NCBI RefSeq assembly: GCF_009834535.1
Contig: NC_045707.1
Coordinates: 58,964,001-59,028,000, forward strand
Length of the DNA stretch: 64,000 nt
From: Camelus ferus
Lineage: Eukaryota
Direction of reading: 5' to 3'
This document shows positions 38,390 to 52,305 of the stretch, piece after piece (position 1 is the first letter of the stretch; each line of letters opens with the position of its first letter). Position numbers and translations under genes: made by a program. The notes under the pieces were generated by a model that saw only the letters and a program-made list of their open reading frames with translations, was not told the origin of the DNA and did not search any database.

Positions 38390-41035
38390 TTTCTAAAATC
38401 TTTGATCCAAGTTTCCACCTTCAAATGCTAACAAAAATTGACTAAATTAAACCCAATGCAACTAGAAGGGAGAAAAATAATAAAAATAAAAGTAGGAAAT
38501 TATAAAATAGAATAATAGAAAACTCAATCACACTAAAAGCCAGTTTTTGGAAAGGAAACAAAGTTGCTAAAACTCTAGTTACCACGAACAACAGTAACAA
38601 CAGCAGAAGAGAGGAAACATCCACTGCAAAATCGGAAATAAAGAGGAAGCATTACTATGGATCCTACAGGTATTTGGAGACTAGTAAGGAAATACTATCA
38701 GCAAACTTATGCCAATAAATTTAACAATTCAGATGCAATCAACAAGTTTCTTGTAACATACAAGTTACCAAAACTCATCTGCTAACAAATAGATATTGAC
38801 TAGCCTTACACCTATTAGTCACTTGTAAATGTAAATGTAATGTAAAACTGTCCTAAAAGTAAAATATTAGGTCCAGATGACTTCACTGTTGAATTCTATA
38901 CAACACCTAAGAAATTGTATAGTCATTTCAACAGGTGCAAAAGCAGCATGTGATCAAATTCCATGCCCATTCATGATAAAAATTTCTCAACAAAATGTGA
39001 ATCTAAGGGAAATTCGTCAATCTGAGAAAGGTTAACTTGAGAAAAAAAAAATCTACAATCAACATCATACTGAAGGATTAAATCCTTTCCTTTCCAAGGA
39101 AACCAGGCAAACTTGTCTGTTCTCACTACTTCCATCCATATAAATGGAGTTCTCATCCAGTGCAGTTAAGACCAGTAAAAAAATAATAATAAAAATTAAA
39201 ATGGTAAAGATTAAGAGGAAAATTGAAATGTATTTTTAAATAGACAACCTAACTTAGTTAATAGTAAATTTTAAAAATCTGTGGAAAAGAAGAAATGCTA
39301 TCACTAAACAGATTAGTAGTTCACAAGGACAATATACAAAAATCAGTTGCATTTTTATAAACTAGGAACAGTTGGATAATGAAATTTACAAACCAGTATC
39401 ATTCATAGTATCATAAAAACTGGATTATATTTAGTAAAATATGTTTAACATCTCTACACTGAAAAACTACAAGATACTGCTGAGAGAAACTAAGGAAAAA
39501 TTAAATTGACAAATATTCCAGTTTATTAACTGGATGATTCAACCTTTTTTAAAACACCAATTCCACTAAAATTGATCAATTCCAATCAAAACCTCAGCAA
39601 TTCCCTTCCTTCCTGCCTCCCTTCCTCTGTTCAAAATAAAACAGATTCTGAAATATGTATGAAATTATTAAATGCAAAGGACATCAAATAACCAAAACAG
39701 TCTTGGAGGAACAGACTTATGCTACTCAATTTTACAAACTACCATTAAACTACAGCCATCAGAATGGTATGGTATGGTGTGAATATCGATAAATAGATCA
39801 GTAGAACAGAACAGAGAGTCCAGAAATAGACACATTCATATAGTCCATGGAGTTTTCACAAAATGGCAAAGCAATTCACTGGGGAAAGGAAATTTTTCAA
39901 TAAATTATCTGGAACCACTGGATATCCACATGGAAAACAATGATCCCTAACTCCTATCTTATGCAGACCCAAAATATTATTTAAAATTAATAGGAGAATG
40001 CATTCATGATCTTGGGGTAGCGAAGATTTTCTTAGAACTAAAAAGGCAGCAGACATAGTATAAAATACTACACTGGATGTCAAAAGTATAAGCTTCTACT
40101 CTTTAAAAGATAATATTAAAATAAAAATAAGCCATAGACTCAAAAATTATATTCATATATAATATTATTATATACTTAGATAATTATCTCACTTATAATT
40201 CAATAAAGTTACAAACAACTCAAAAAGTAGGCAAAAGATCTGAAGACTTTCCAAAATTAGTTATACAATGGACAATAAGCACATAAAATTATGCTCATCA
40301 CTAGTAATCAGGGAAAATCAAATTAAAATCACAAATTAAAACTCACTAGGATGGCTAAAATTAATAAACATCAACAATTCCAAGTGTTATGAAAATGTGG
40401 ACAAAATGGAACTCTCATGCACTGCTGGTAGACATGCAAAATCTTACAAATACTTTGGCAAACAGTTTGGCAATTTCTGAAACATATAATACAGCATGGG
40501 AGCAAGCAATTGCACTCTTTTAAGTTTCTATCCAAGGGAAATGAAAGATTTTGTCTACAGAGAGATCTGTATTATCATGTTCACAGTAGGTTTATACCAG
40601 CCAAAAATGTGGGAGTGGGGGCAAAGTTGGGATGGAAATGTCCATCCACAGGTCAAAATACAAACAAATCTTGGTATGTTTATATTCATCCAATGGAATG
40701 CTACTCAGCAATGAAAAGCAACTGACTGCTGATACTTCCAACATCATGGATTAGCCTTTAAAGCCTGATGAGTAAGATGAGTCAAATACAAAAATGTGTC
40801 TACTGTACAATTCCCCACATATGAGGCTCAAGAACAGGCAAACCAATTATGGTGCTGAAAATCAGCAAAGTGGCTGTTTGGGCAGTGACTGCCTGAAAGG
40901 AGCATGAAGAAAAGTAGGATGTTGGAAATTTCCTGTATCTTGATAGGGATGGTGTGTACATTTGTCAGAACACATTGTACTGCACAGTTAAGCACTGTGC
41001 ACTTACAATGTATAAATCTGACCTCAAAACAAAAT
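38390..41035 (+). mobile_element. Long decayed old L1M (ORF2 to 3' UTR)
   Basis: A-rich sense L1 text (TATGCCAATAAATTTAACAATT, CAATATACAAAAATCAGTTGCATTT, GAACAGAGAGTCCAGAAATAGAC, CAATGGAATGCTACTCAGCAATGAAAA). Confidence 0.85.
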
Positions 41036-41819
41036 GTTTAAACATGCTGGTCAATAGTCCCTTTTCCTTTTCTCATCTTCTACCTTACTGAACATTATCA
41101 AAAAGAAGGAAATGCAGGACGTGAGTACAGGGTCAAAAACATGTTCATAGTGTCCTCTTCCCTTGCTTTCTCTTTCCTTCTCTAAATAATTTAATTAGCA
41201 TTTAATGTGTGCTGGGCATTTTATTAAGCATTAGGTCTAAAAAGTCCATTAGTCTATGAGTCCTACACCGTAAGGGTTCAAGCTGTGAAAATACGCCATT
41301 AACTAACCCTGGTGCCCCCTACTTCGCCCAGCTCACACCAATTGGTGGATTCTACCTCATGTTACTTAAATAGTGTCACAGATCTCCAGGGCTCACGGCT
41401 TCCAAATGATGGTAGCCAGGTCCACGTCACTCCTTTGTCTCTGGAAGTACTCTGGTGTGACAGAAGGAATACCTCAGGTGCAAGTCTTTGTGCAGCCTGA
41501 GTCTGACTGCCGTTCTTGGCATCTGTCAGAAATGGTCCCATGACTTCAGGGTGACAAGTAAAGATACTGCACACACGTTCCAGTGCTGGGACTGGAAAGA
41601 GGCAAGGGCAAACTGTGGAACAGCCATGTACTCGCCTTCGAGTATTTTCAGTTTTGTCTGAAAAGCTACGTAGGCCATTATAATTGTGTTGGGGTGGTAG
41701 GAGGAGGCCATTCCGACTTTTAAGCAGGAGACAGAGCAGCTCACGTTTGTCCCTAAGAGACATCACTATGGTCACAATGTGAGGCAAGACTTGAGGATGA
41801 GATGTATAACGTAAGGAGA

Positions 41820-42430
41820 TCACTTTAAGGCTATTAAATTCACTCAATCAAGAAGCCATGAAGGACTAAATTAAAACAGGGGAGTGGACTGGGGAGGGAG
41901 GTGAGAAATATTAAGGAATAAGAATATAGGAGAGGTGATAATGGAGGTTACATACAAAGCAATATTCCGAGATGTTCCTTAGGTTCCTGGCTTCAATGAC
42001 TGGGTGGGTAGTAGTGCCATTTTCTAAGATAGAATGTAAAAAAAACAAAAAACAAAACAAAACAAACATCTTTTTTAACCTGGGGCAGGTGTTCAGTTAG
42101 TACTGAACTACTGAGTTTCAAATGATTGTGGGATAGCCCATGGAGGTTTACACCAAGTAGCTAGTTAGTCCACAGCATAGCAGAGAAGGCTGACCTGGAG
42201 GCTGGTCTGTGCTGGGAATGACCTGTTGGTAAATGATAGCTGAAGCTCTTGAGATCATCCAAGGCGGGCAGAGAGCATCAACAGCAGTGAGATAAGAAAT
42301 GAACACAGAATAACTCAGATTTTTTAATGGAATTAAAAAATGGAGTAAGGCCACAATAACCATCCTAGAAAGAGCAGCCAATAAAGTAGGAGGAAAATCA
42401 GAAACGAGGTTGTAAAACTGAGGAAGAAAC
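41820..42430 (-). mobile_element. L2 fragment
   Basis: AGGTTCCTGGCTTCAATGACTGGGTGGGTAGTAGTGCCATTT...GAGATCATCCAAGG. Confidence 0.7.
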
Positions 42431-43064
42431 ACGCAGAGACAGTTACTCAGGGCTTGTACGTTGGCTGATTGCCTTTCCAAGCGACATTATGAAAGCAGTA
42501 CCCATTCACGTCAGATCAACACCTACTGGATCACTTGCAAGGAAGTAATATTTAGCAGGAAGTAGAAATGAAGATCTATCTAATTCTTACCACGACGGGA
42601 TCCACATCCCTCCACAAGCCTCCTCCTCTAACACTCCATTTGGTTAGGGATGAAAGTTTTACCTTCCACATGCCACCATGACCTAACCAAATAGGCGACT
42701 GCTACCTCTATTTCACAGAGGAAATTGGTTAAACTCAGAGAAACTTTATGAACTGACTAGATTTTAAGTGGCAGAGCAAGAATTCGAAATAAGTCTTCTA
42801 AGTCCAAGCCTGTTTTCATTCTTAACAGGACACAGTATCTCTCCTACCTCTACCATCTTATTTGCAAGATCTCAGTATAAAACAGTAAGTTTGGCAGAAG
42901 GAATTGCAAATATTTGAACCCACCAATCGTAAGACAAAATGTTAACATTTACATTCTTACTCCACAATAATGAGCCATGAGAATGGCTACCAAAATTGAT
43001 GCCAAGCACCTTTCTTTTTCCTTTCGAAAAATCTGAGAAAATGTGTAAGTAAGTAAACCAACAG

Positions 43065-43290
43065 CTAACAATTATTGGGCACCTGCCATGGCCAAAATAG
43101 TTCTAAGCACTTTACATTGAGTAACTCCTTTAATCCTCTGAAAATCCTACAAGGAAGACATTATTACTATTTCAGCTGTACGGATGGAGAGACTAAAACC
43201 AGAGGGGTGAAGTGCTGGGCCCAACTGCGTTTCCATAGCTGCTTCTGAGTTAAGGTAGGCAGTGAACCTGGGATGCAAGTCCACACCATC
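43065..43290 (-). mobile_element. MIR SINE
   Basis: GTTCTAAGCACTTTACA...TTTAATCCTC...TACGGATGGAGAGACTAAAACCAGAGGGGTGAAGTG. Confidence 0.8.
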
Positions 43291-45884
43291 TAGATCAAGT
43301 CACTGTACTCAAAAGAGCAGTCATGCTGCGTAATTAGCATTCAGTGAGACCTAGGGGACCACCTAGACTCCCCTGCCTCGGAACAGCATCCAGATGTGGT
43401 ACTGCCTGAAGTTCACTATTAGAGGCTTGTTCCTTTAGGATAAGCTTTGCTTCTTCCAGACATCATCTGCCAGTATCAACTCACTCTTACCTTTATGGGA
43501 ATTAGATTAAGAAAGAGGCAGCTGGTGATGGAACCAGCCAGTGATGTGTAGAACAGAGATGCCAGATGGAGAAGGACAAAATGAAGAGTTCAGTAAGATA
43601 AGATGTTTGCCTAGGGCCTTTCTTGCTTAGAGTTTCTCAGGAACAGATAAGAAGGGAGTGGCAGAGTTCAGCCCGAGAATTCAAGCTTCAATTTTAGATG
43701 TTAATAGAGCAAAACTTCTTTCCCTTTTTATTTGTTCTGCTGCTTCAGTTTCCTAACTGTGGGGGCACACTTACTCACCTTAATTTAATATTCTGCTTGT
43801 GAGACTGGATTTTTGGCAAACCATGACTAATTACCTTCGGTCTCTAGGAAGCAGAGTAACAGTGCTCACAGCTCTATAGGTTTCAGATGCAAAATAAAAG
43901 GAAGCTCATAAAGTTTGGCTGGTTTTTTTTTTTTTTTTCATAGTTAACTAAGAAGCAAATGGCTTAATTTGCCAAATAAGAAAACATGATCTACACCTTT
44001 AATGTGTATCTGCTAAAACACAGCATGAACAAATCGTATTATCCATGTTCTGAAAATGATTCAGCTTTATCCTTTATGCCTTTCTTCACATCTTTTAGTT
44101 ATTTTGGTTTTCTCTGGCACTCCTACTTGGAAAGAGCAAAGGAAAAAAAAAAAAAAACAATCAAAATCTGAAACTTCAACCAAGTCCTTTCAACAACTAA
44201 TAACTTCAGGAAAAGGTTGTTTTTTTTTTTTTAATTTTTTTCTAAGAGAGTTAGGTAGAAACTGCAGATGTTGATTTAAAATATGTAGGGATCATAAAAT
44301 GCTTCTTCAATATGGTATTGAATCCCATGGAAAACCAAAAGACAGATTTCCAAGTGAGTAAGCAATATTTTTTCAGGTCTGGGAAATGACATCTTAAATT
44401 GTATCTTTGACTTGAAACTGTATTATATTTTCTAGTAAAATCATTGTGCACTACTCAAGAAGTGAAGATGGAGTTAAAGAATACATTTGTTGTAGTCATA
44501 AAGCAGTAGAAAATGACTGTAGCAAAGTAATTAAAAATATTCCCTAATCAGAGCCAGACTCTCCTATGGTAAATGTACACTTCTTCACTTAATTAGCTCT
44601 CTCCACTTAACCTTTAAAGCTAATGGCTCATTGGCCTGCATCTTCTTCAGCACCTCCAGTAGGACCCCGGATACCTGGGCAACACAAGAAACAGGAAGAG
44701 GATGGCCCTTCCACTGATGGCAAAACCTCTGAAGCCATTTACATGTAGACAGAGGTGCACAGTACCTAACAGTTTCCCAACTTCCCCACCGAGTTAGACG
44801 GAGCAAGAAAATCTGAACCTAAGTTGTTATTAAAGATTCTTGATACTAACTTTTTTTTAGAGAGTTTATTTATTTTTAGAGGTAAACTTTTTTAGAGGTT
44901 TTAGAGGGGCAAAGTTAAAATACAGTAATTTGAACAACAAAAAAAGTGATTTCTAACTCTTAAGATTGGTGATGCCAATATTATACAAATTAGAAGTGCA
45001 CACAGAAACATCTTCCTCTGCTTAAAATTCTGCATCAGCTCCTATACTACCTGCAGGACACAGTCCAAATGCTTGGAATGGCATTAAATGCTTTTTCTGA
45101 TCTATCTGCCATCTACTTTTCCAGTCTCATTTCTTCCATTACCTTACACTGACCCTCTTCCACTACTGCTAGAGAAAACCTCTGGCTCTTCCTTGAGTAG
45201 ATCGTGGACTTTTATCATCCTGCCTTTGTGCGTACCTTCTGCTCTGGAAAGTCCTGCTGGTGAAAAGAAGTGACACCTGGTAACTAAAAGAGCACAGGCC
45301 CTGCCCTTAGACCTCCAACGTTGAAGTCCTGGCCACGTCACCTACTAGCCGTTTGACTTCAAACGAGCAATCCATCATTTGCTTTCTCAGTTCTCTTACA
45401 TAGAAATTAAGGAAGTATTGAGGCTTCTTTTAAAGGATTGTTAATTCTTATGAAGATCTTAGAAGGGCACTCTCCCTTCTGTGATGCTTTTTCTGGATCC
45501 CTTGTTTTTTCCATTATTTTATTCATACCTATTTTAGTATTTTTATTCATATCTTATCAATTTGGACATTACTGGTACTTGTGTGTTAGTAATCTTTGCA
45601 TCCAAAGTGCCTAAAGCAGATGTTAACAGACTTACAGTGACTCATTTTATGCCAAATATAGCTGTAGTAACATGTTATTTTTAAGAAAAAATACAACTAT
45701 GTTGTTATGATTGTGGTATTTAACATATCAAGGATGGGTGTGCCAAAAAGCATCAGTAGTTAACAAGCATCAAGTTATTTGGGATTATCTCAGAGTGATG
45801 GGGTTATGAGTGATTTTTTTTTGTTTTCTACAGTATGCAAATTATTTGTAATACTGTTAATACAAAAATGGTACAAATATATTC

Positions 45885-46070
45885 AAAATTTATTAGAATT
45901 TCTTCATGCTAAGAATAGTTAACATGAGATCTAATCTTTTAAACTCTTAAGTGTACAATATATTATTGTCAATACTATACAGCATATTTCTATGGCTTTC
46001 TATCTTATTCATCTCTTCTTATTCAACTTTCTTAAATGAAACTGTATGCCTATGGATTAGTAATTAGTAA
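45885..46070 (-). mobile_element. L1MA-type 3' end fragment
   Basis: GCTAAGAATAGTTAACATGAGATCT...TAAGTGTACAATATATTATTGTC. Confidence 0.65.
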
Positions 46071-46089
46071 TTCTTCATAATATCACCTC

Positions 46090-46620
46090 TCCAGGTTTTG
46101 TTCCAGTATCTCTCGTCTATTCCTTGGTCTCGTTTTCAGTTCTTCCTTCTGAACTCTACTATTCAATGTCTGAAAACATCAGGATCCTCCCCTGACCTCT
46201 CCTCTCATTCTGTACCTTTTTATCTATGAAATGTCATGCACTTCCTCTTCCTTGAGTTCACTTATATCTGACTGCTGCATTTCTAGAGCTCTCACTTTGC
46301 TTCTGATTTCAAGATTCTCAAATCCAACCATCTGTTTGACATTTGGATAGCTCACAGTCATCTCAGATTTAATATGTACAGAACTGCTACTGACTCTATA
46401 AATGACACCATCTTCTACCCAATTCAAGCTAAAAACCTGGCATACTCTTCCCTCTCTTCCACTTACACCTACTTAATCACCTAGCAGTGATGATTCGACC
46501 TGTTAATGTCTCTCAAGTATATCCACCTCATTCTATCTTCACTGCTAATAATATTTTATAAGTCAAACATTTCTATTGTATTACCATAAAAGCCTCCAGG
46601 ATTTTTCATTTTAACCTATT
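46090..46620 (+). mobile_element. L2 fragment
   Basis: ACATTTGGATAGCTCACAGTCATCTCAGATTTAATATGTACAGAACTG...AAATGACACCATC...AAAAACCTGG. Confidence 0.8.
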
Positions 46621-47824
46621 TCTTCTTGGGTATCATCAAACTCGCATGACTTCCATACAACATGAAGCCCTACATTGTGCTAAATATGGTGCCCAACACT
46701 AGATACTACAGTGAATTCAATCATGAGCTTGGGATCTGCTACAGATCAATTTGTAGCCTTGCTAAGGATGGTGGAGAATAGGAGGAAAAATGAAGATAAA
46801 ACAACTGGTTTGACAAGTAACAATTTCACATCTAGTTCAAGTCTCACATGGTTTTTGAGCAGAACAGCCAGTTGACCTATAGGTAATGTTAATTCTGTCT
46901 AAAGGTCAAAAACCAAATTCATTCTCTTCTCCCCCAGATATACTAGGACCAGAATATGTATTATCTTACTAAATCTCTGTAACAACTCTGTTAAAAAAAA
47001 TTATCTAACCTTTTAAAGGTAAGGAATCAATGCATGTAAAGCAGATGAGTGAAAAATTAACTAATGTCTCATCTGACAGGAGTTACAAATTGTCTTCATT
47101 CAGAGAAAGAGCCTACAAGTTTTGGGTGGGTGGCATGTGTGGTGAGATGTGTAGTTCACAGGTAGAACTGGATTCTTCTGTATATTATGGGTCACTTGTG
47201 TTAAAAAAATTATGTAGAGGCTGGGTGTTGGTAATTCAGGTGGTGGTATAGCATAATAGTAAAATTTGAAAGCTGTTCAGAACATGGAGGTTATTTGATC
47301 CAACACTCCAGTTGGAAAGACAAGAAATTCAGGTTGAAAGGTTAGATGACAGACATACTTGCCCAAGACCACACAGTAAGCTTTGGTGATGGCTGGGACC
47401 TGGATTTGACTCTAATTTCCAGTACAGTGCTCGTTCAAAACGCTTCTCCAGGTTCCCTTTCAGGATTCTCTGCCTTTGAAAAGGACTCTCCATACGTTTC
47501 TTTTAAACCGCAGCATGTGAGCTTCAAATATATTTGAATATTATAAAGTCCAACCTGAAGTGGCTTATTTAAATTTATCTTGGAATTTCAAGCGTTTATG
47601 TATGCGGAGGATGAGAACTGACAAACTCTTTCCAGGGTGTCAGGAACAGATTAATGATATTAATGAAATTAAAAAGAGTCAGGAAGTGATTCTGAATGAC
47701 AAGAATCTGGCTAGGGCTGCCTGTCTAACTAAATCAGGCCCAGGCTTAAGGCAAACAAACAAAAGGCCAGGCCCAGAAACAGAGTGCTAAGTGGGTTAGA
47801 GATTCTGACAGAAAATGCAGTGCT

Positions 47825-47847
47825 CTGGCTGGCTGGCTGGCTGGCTG
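47825..47847. repeat. (GGCT)n microsatellite
   Basis: CTGGCTGGCTGGCTGGCTGGCTG. Confidence 0.9.
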
Positions 47848-50484
47848 CCGGAACAGAGAGAAGCATCAGGGCACAGAGAAAGGCTCCTCAGCGTGTCTGG
47901 ATAACTCAGTGGGTCCTGTATCTCTGACATGTTAAAGGAATCTTGTCCCTTTTGTGCCAAATGGAGTATTTTCAGGGCTGGTACATCCTAATTCTGGTAA
48001 ACAAGCCCAGAGAACACACCTCTTGATAGTCATCATTACATTGCTAATGTTTCTAGAGAGCGCGGGAGTCTGATTAGAAGGTGCTCATCCAACCTCTTCT
48101 CGTCGGCCACTGCATCAGAGGGCCTCTCTTTCACAGGTCTGAAACCAGAACTCAGCCTAATTTGAGGGTCCTTTGCCCTATTTCTCTCCATCTCCTTCCC
48201 CAAACGGGGAACAGAGTAGACTAGAGACCTAAAGATGGTGAAAGCAGAAAGCAAAAGAACCTAGCAAGCTCGTCTTCTCGGCTTCACTGCTTTGTCTACC
48301 AGATGTTGCAACTGTCTCATGTTCCAGGAGTCTACAGTGTGCCTACTTTACATGTGTAATTTACATGTCCTGGGGCTAGGACTATACAGCTTTGTGTGTA
48401 GAGGTGATTAGTCATGTTTGACAAGCTTGATGAGGAGATAATGGAGTCTGTTACTGGGTAGCAGACGTTGAAAGCTTAAAAACCTTGGGATTGATAGCTT
48501 TCTCAATGGGGACAGGCGTGACAAATTGGTTATGTGGTATTAGCTGCAGTAACCCTTTTCAGAGGATCATATAGATAGCATCTAAGATCAAGTCTAGGAT
48601 TTTCATGAATCTAACGTAATGGCCATTTTTCCCTCATATGACTTACACCTGAGTCAATATGGTTTAGGTAGAAGCCATGTCGGGTGGCCACTTCGGTAGA
48701 GCTTCCCCACTACTGGGAGAAGCACGGAAGTCACTAGAACCCTGAGGAGGGGCAGCTGGCCCAGACTGTGAGGTCAGGGAAGCCTTCCACAAAGAGGTGG
48801 CACAGGAGCTGTGTAGGTTTGTGGAAAAACACAGTCAAATAAATGAATTTTTAGTAGAGGAGTGAACTGAACTCATTGTATACTGACAGTGGGGAGGATC
48901 ACAGTTCAATTTTTGGTATGCCAAATAATGTAATTTCTTTGCTAAAGAGGATCTGGCTTATTCTTTTGATGTTATCAGGACTGAGAAATGAGCTTGGCTA
49001 AAACAAAATGTGAATTAGGAACTTGATCTATAATAATTTATTTAAAGAGATAGTGCAAATGGAAACTATTGCAGCCAAATGGCCAGGGTCCCATAGCACT
49101 TTGAAATTAGCTACTCTTACCAAGGCTCTCTCCAGTACGGAGTGGGTAGTTAATAGTTATAAAGTATCAAAATCAGATGTAAATGCATAGTGGTTCGTGG
49201 AATATAGATCCTTAAAATGAGTAATGGTGTGGCAGTCCTTCAATTCAGCACTATTTTGCTATAAAACCTGGAATTCTGCCCTCTATTTAGCATACAGTGG
49301 CCAAAGAAGACTTGGAGCAGACTGCTAAACAAAAAATCATCTATAGTCATTCAAACATGAAAGCATATCAAAGTCTTTGAATTTGCTGGGAGCTAGTCTG
49401 GAAGAACACAGGTCTTCCCAGTATCTACGTTAAATACCTACATTGTGATAATGACAATGATCAAGATGATGATGATTATAAGGATGAGGTATTCCTATCA
49501 TAATTTAAGAGCTCAGAACTTTAATTTTCTGTGTAAGAAAGTAACAGAGCTAGTTTAAAGTGAAATGTTTAGGGCTACATACTCAGCTAGTGTTTAAGGA
49601 GCTGCTTTGCATATCACAGACATTTAGGATTGTGCATTTATAGAGCAGGTCACGGAAGGTGTTATACCCAGAGTGCTGATTGCAGATAATTGCATTAATC
49701 ACTCTTACTTTCACAAATGTAATTCCCTGCCACACTCATTGAAATAAAAGGTCAGATATTTTCCACTATAAAAATCATCCATGCAAGAGATTTGTGAGGG
49801 GAAAAAAAAACCCAATTAAAGAAATAAAGACAAAAGCAATAAATTTTCCTTCACATAAAAATAGCCACAATTAATACTTGGTGTGTATCCTGGTTTTCTA
49901 CACATTACGCTTTGTTTTTGATTAATGTTATGTTAAGGGTTATGTTCACACTGTATGAAGAATTTAGTATACTTTTTAAAATTTGTTGTAACATAAGCAT
50001 TATATTATAGTATTCTGAATGAATATAAACATCAATTTTTAGAGTTGGGGGAAATTACATCAAGAGGATGCTTATCCATTTGGTATTACTAAATATTTAT
50101 GTTGCCTCCTATCTCTCACTTGTATAAATAAAGCTAGAAAAACATCATGTACTTAATGCCTTTGCTACACTTACTTGTTTTGGCTTAGGAGAACTTCCTA
50201 AAAATAGTCCAGTCAAAAGAAATGCCTTCCAAAATGTTTTCATTTAAATTCTAATCAATAAACTAATAGACGGCAAGTTTTCTCATAACATACAGGAAAG
50301 CTATTAAATTGTGTTTATGCCACTTTTTCCTATGGAATATTTTAAGCATATACATATTACCTGAAAAATACAAAACTCTTGCCTTTTAATTTCTAGGAGT
50401 TATACTTACTATTTACTTATTATTTCTATTTTCAGTTGTGACCATCCTACTGACCAGAAATTCCAAATTATTGTTTGATAAGGT

Positions 50485-50730
50485 ACAGGCAAGTGCAGTG
50501 CAAAAGAGCACACGTCTTGGCCTAAGGAAATCTGAGTTTAAAACGTGAGTGTGATAATGCCATAGTAGAAGCTTGGCCAAATTGCAGAACACCCTCAGTT
50601 TCAGGTTTTGTTTGTTTGTTGGTTTTTTTTGACAACATAAAGGTAATATTAGCCATAGTAAAAGGTAAGTGTGAGGATTAATATAAATATAAGAGGCTAG
50701 CATGTAGTAGATGGTCAACAAGTGATTATT
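50485..50730 (+). mobile_element. MIR SINE
   Basis: GCAGTGCAAAAGAGCAC...CTCAGTTTC...GTGAGGATTAA...AGCATGTAGTAGATGGTCAACAAGTG. Confidence 0.7.
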
Positions 50731-51109
50731 ATTCTGGTTGTTTTTTGCTGGTATTATTATTTGTAGTAAAGAAGCATTTACTGAAAGGCTAGCAACTTTC
50801 CCGTTTTTAGTTCAGATAGATTTTATTCAGCAAAATTCAACTGAAGTAAAACTTGGCATACTTTACTAAAAGGCACTACTGTTAATAATATTTTTATTGA
50901 GATCAAATATGGCAAGGACGACCAGGTCCTGATGACAATGTAGTTGTTTCTGGGCAGCAGCTGCCCAGCCAGGAACTATGTTTCTGTCTTCCCTTCTACA
51001 CATGTCCCTTCCATCTGTGATACGTTCAGGCCTGACGCTTTGAAACATTCTGTGTATCCTCCACACGCACTCTCTTACCACTCTGGATGTCTGTGTTTGA
51101 AAGTTGGTT

Positions 51110-51620
51110 TCTCAAATCAAACTAGAAACCCCATGAGGATAGCAATGCCTTTGTCAGCCTGGGTCCCTGAATGACTGTCAATTAGAACTCTCTCCTTCTC
51201 TGCTGTCACTTGGCTTTTATTTGAGTGAGATGCTGTGTTACTGTGTTAATCCTAAGACTCCAGGATTTATCTGTCACACTTCTGGTGTCTATGTATACTG
51301 ATAAACCAACTGGTATCAGAAGGGATGTGATGTCATTAAAAAAAAAAAAAAAACAACCCCGAAAATAACTGGCACTGGCTTAGTAGTTGGGCTGTGGGCT
51401 ATGAGGAAACTGATACTGGTGTCTAGGAAGCTGCTGATCCAGGTTATGAGTGACCAAATACTGAGTTATAATTGTCACACACAATAATTTAGAAGGCGGA
51501 CAACCAATCCCTTGCCTGTAGCTCATAAGAAAGGACAACTATAGACTGAAACTTGCTCCAGACTGAATTTAGCAAGCACTGGATGAAAGAGATAGATCAA
51601 GACTTGGTCAGTTTGCAAAT
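51110..51620 (+). mobile_element. MLT1 (J-like) LTR 3' half plus start of the MaLR internal region
   Basis: CAGCCTGGGTCCCTGAATGACT LTR motif, then AACTGGTATCAGAAG (PBS-region-like) and GGCACTGGCTTAGTAG typical of MLT1-int. Confidence 0.65.
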
Positions 51621-52285
51621 TTCTTAAGTTTCACGCGTTGCAGGTGGCTACTGCCCTTAGTCAGAAATCCGGCAGAAACGAATGTGCCATCCTCTATACA
51701 TGGTTTCTACTTTCCCTGGACTCTGACAAGTTGCTGAGAAGGGAAGATAGAGGTAGACTGCTTGTCTGAGTTTTGTTTGTGTTTGCTTTTGTTTTTCAGG
51801 GAAGAGGCCCAGTAGTGGGATAAGTCAGTTCTACCAGCACTGGTCCCAACTCAGTCAGGTACCTCTTCCCTTCATCCTGTAGGGCTGTAAAATTAAACTC
51901 TTGCTTAGACAGTTGCTTCCCAGCAAAACTTCCACTGAAAGGAAAGAGAGTCAACATTTTCGCTTGCCAGATAGCCAAGTCCACCACAGCTAGTAGCTTA
52001 AGGCTTTGTTATTTCAGTATTCATCTGTTACAAAGACACTGCTTACCTGAAGCCATACACAGAGTGTACTGGAATTGTTATCATCAAGCCAGTAATGGAG
52101 GGGGATAACTGCAAACACAACTCTGCCCTAGCGCATCATCACCAGTGTTGAATGGGACAGGTCCATGCTCCAGTGTCGATGGGGACTTGCTTCCCTGTTG
52201 TCAAAGCAGCTCCGGTACCTGAGTCCCAAGTCTCCATTCTTTCTCTGTGGCCGCGATGCCTGGTTTTCTCACTGGCTTTGATGGA

Positions 52286-52305
52286 GATTCTCCCCCTGGT
52301 GGTGC
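52286..52305 (-). promoter_or_regulatory. Candidate CTCF binding site
   Basis: The minus strand reads GCACCACCAGGGGGAGAATC, a 12/13 match to the core CCACCAGGGGGCG, in unique sequence with retained CpGs. Confidence 0.6.

Noticed and set aside
41362..41847. Longest ORF in the track (161 aa, minus strand) as a CDS
   Set aside because: No recognisable domain or homologue. The length is compatible with chance in 64 kb, and its start overlaps L2-derived sequence.
44851..44908. Degenerate TTTTAGAGG repeats as a CRISPR-like or telomeric array
   Set aside because: Short irregular slippage repeats with no constant spacers, and not TTAGGG.
45991..46010. TATGGCTTT resembling the start of miR-135
   Set aside because: It diverges immediately and lies inside an L1 3' end.
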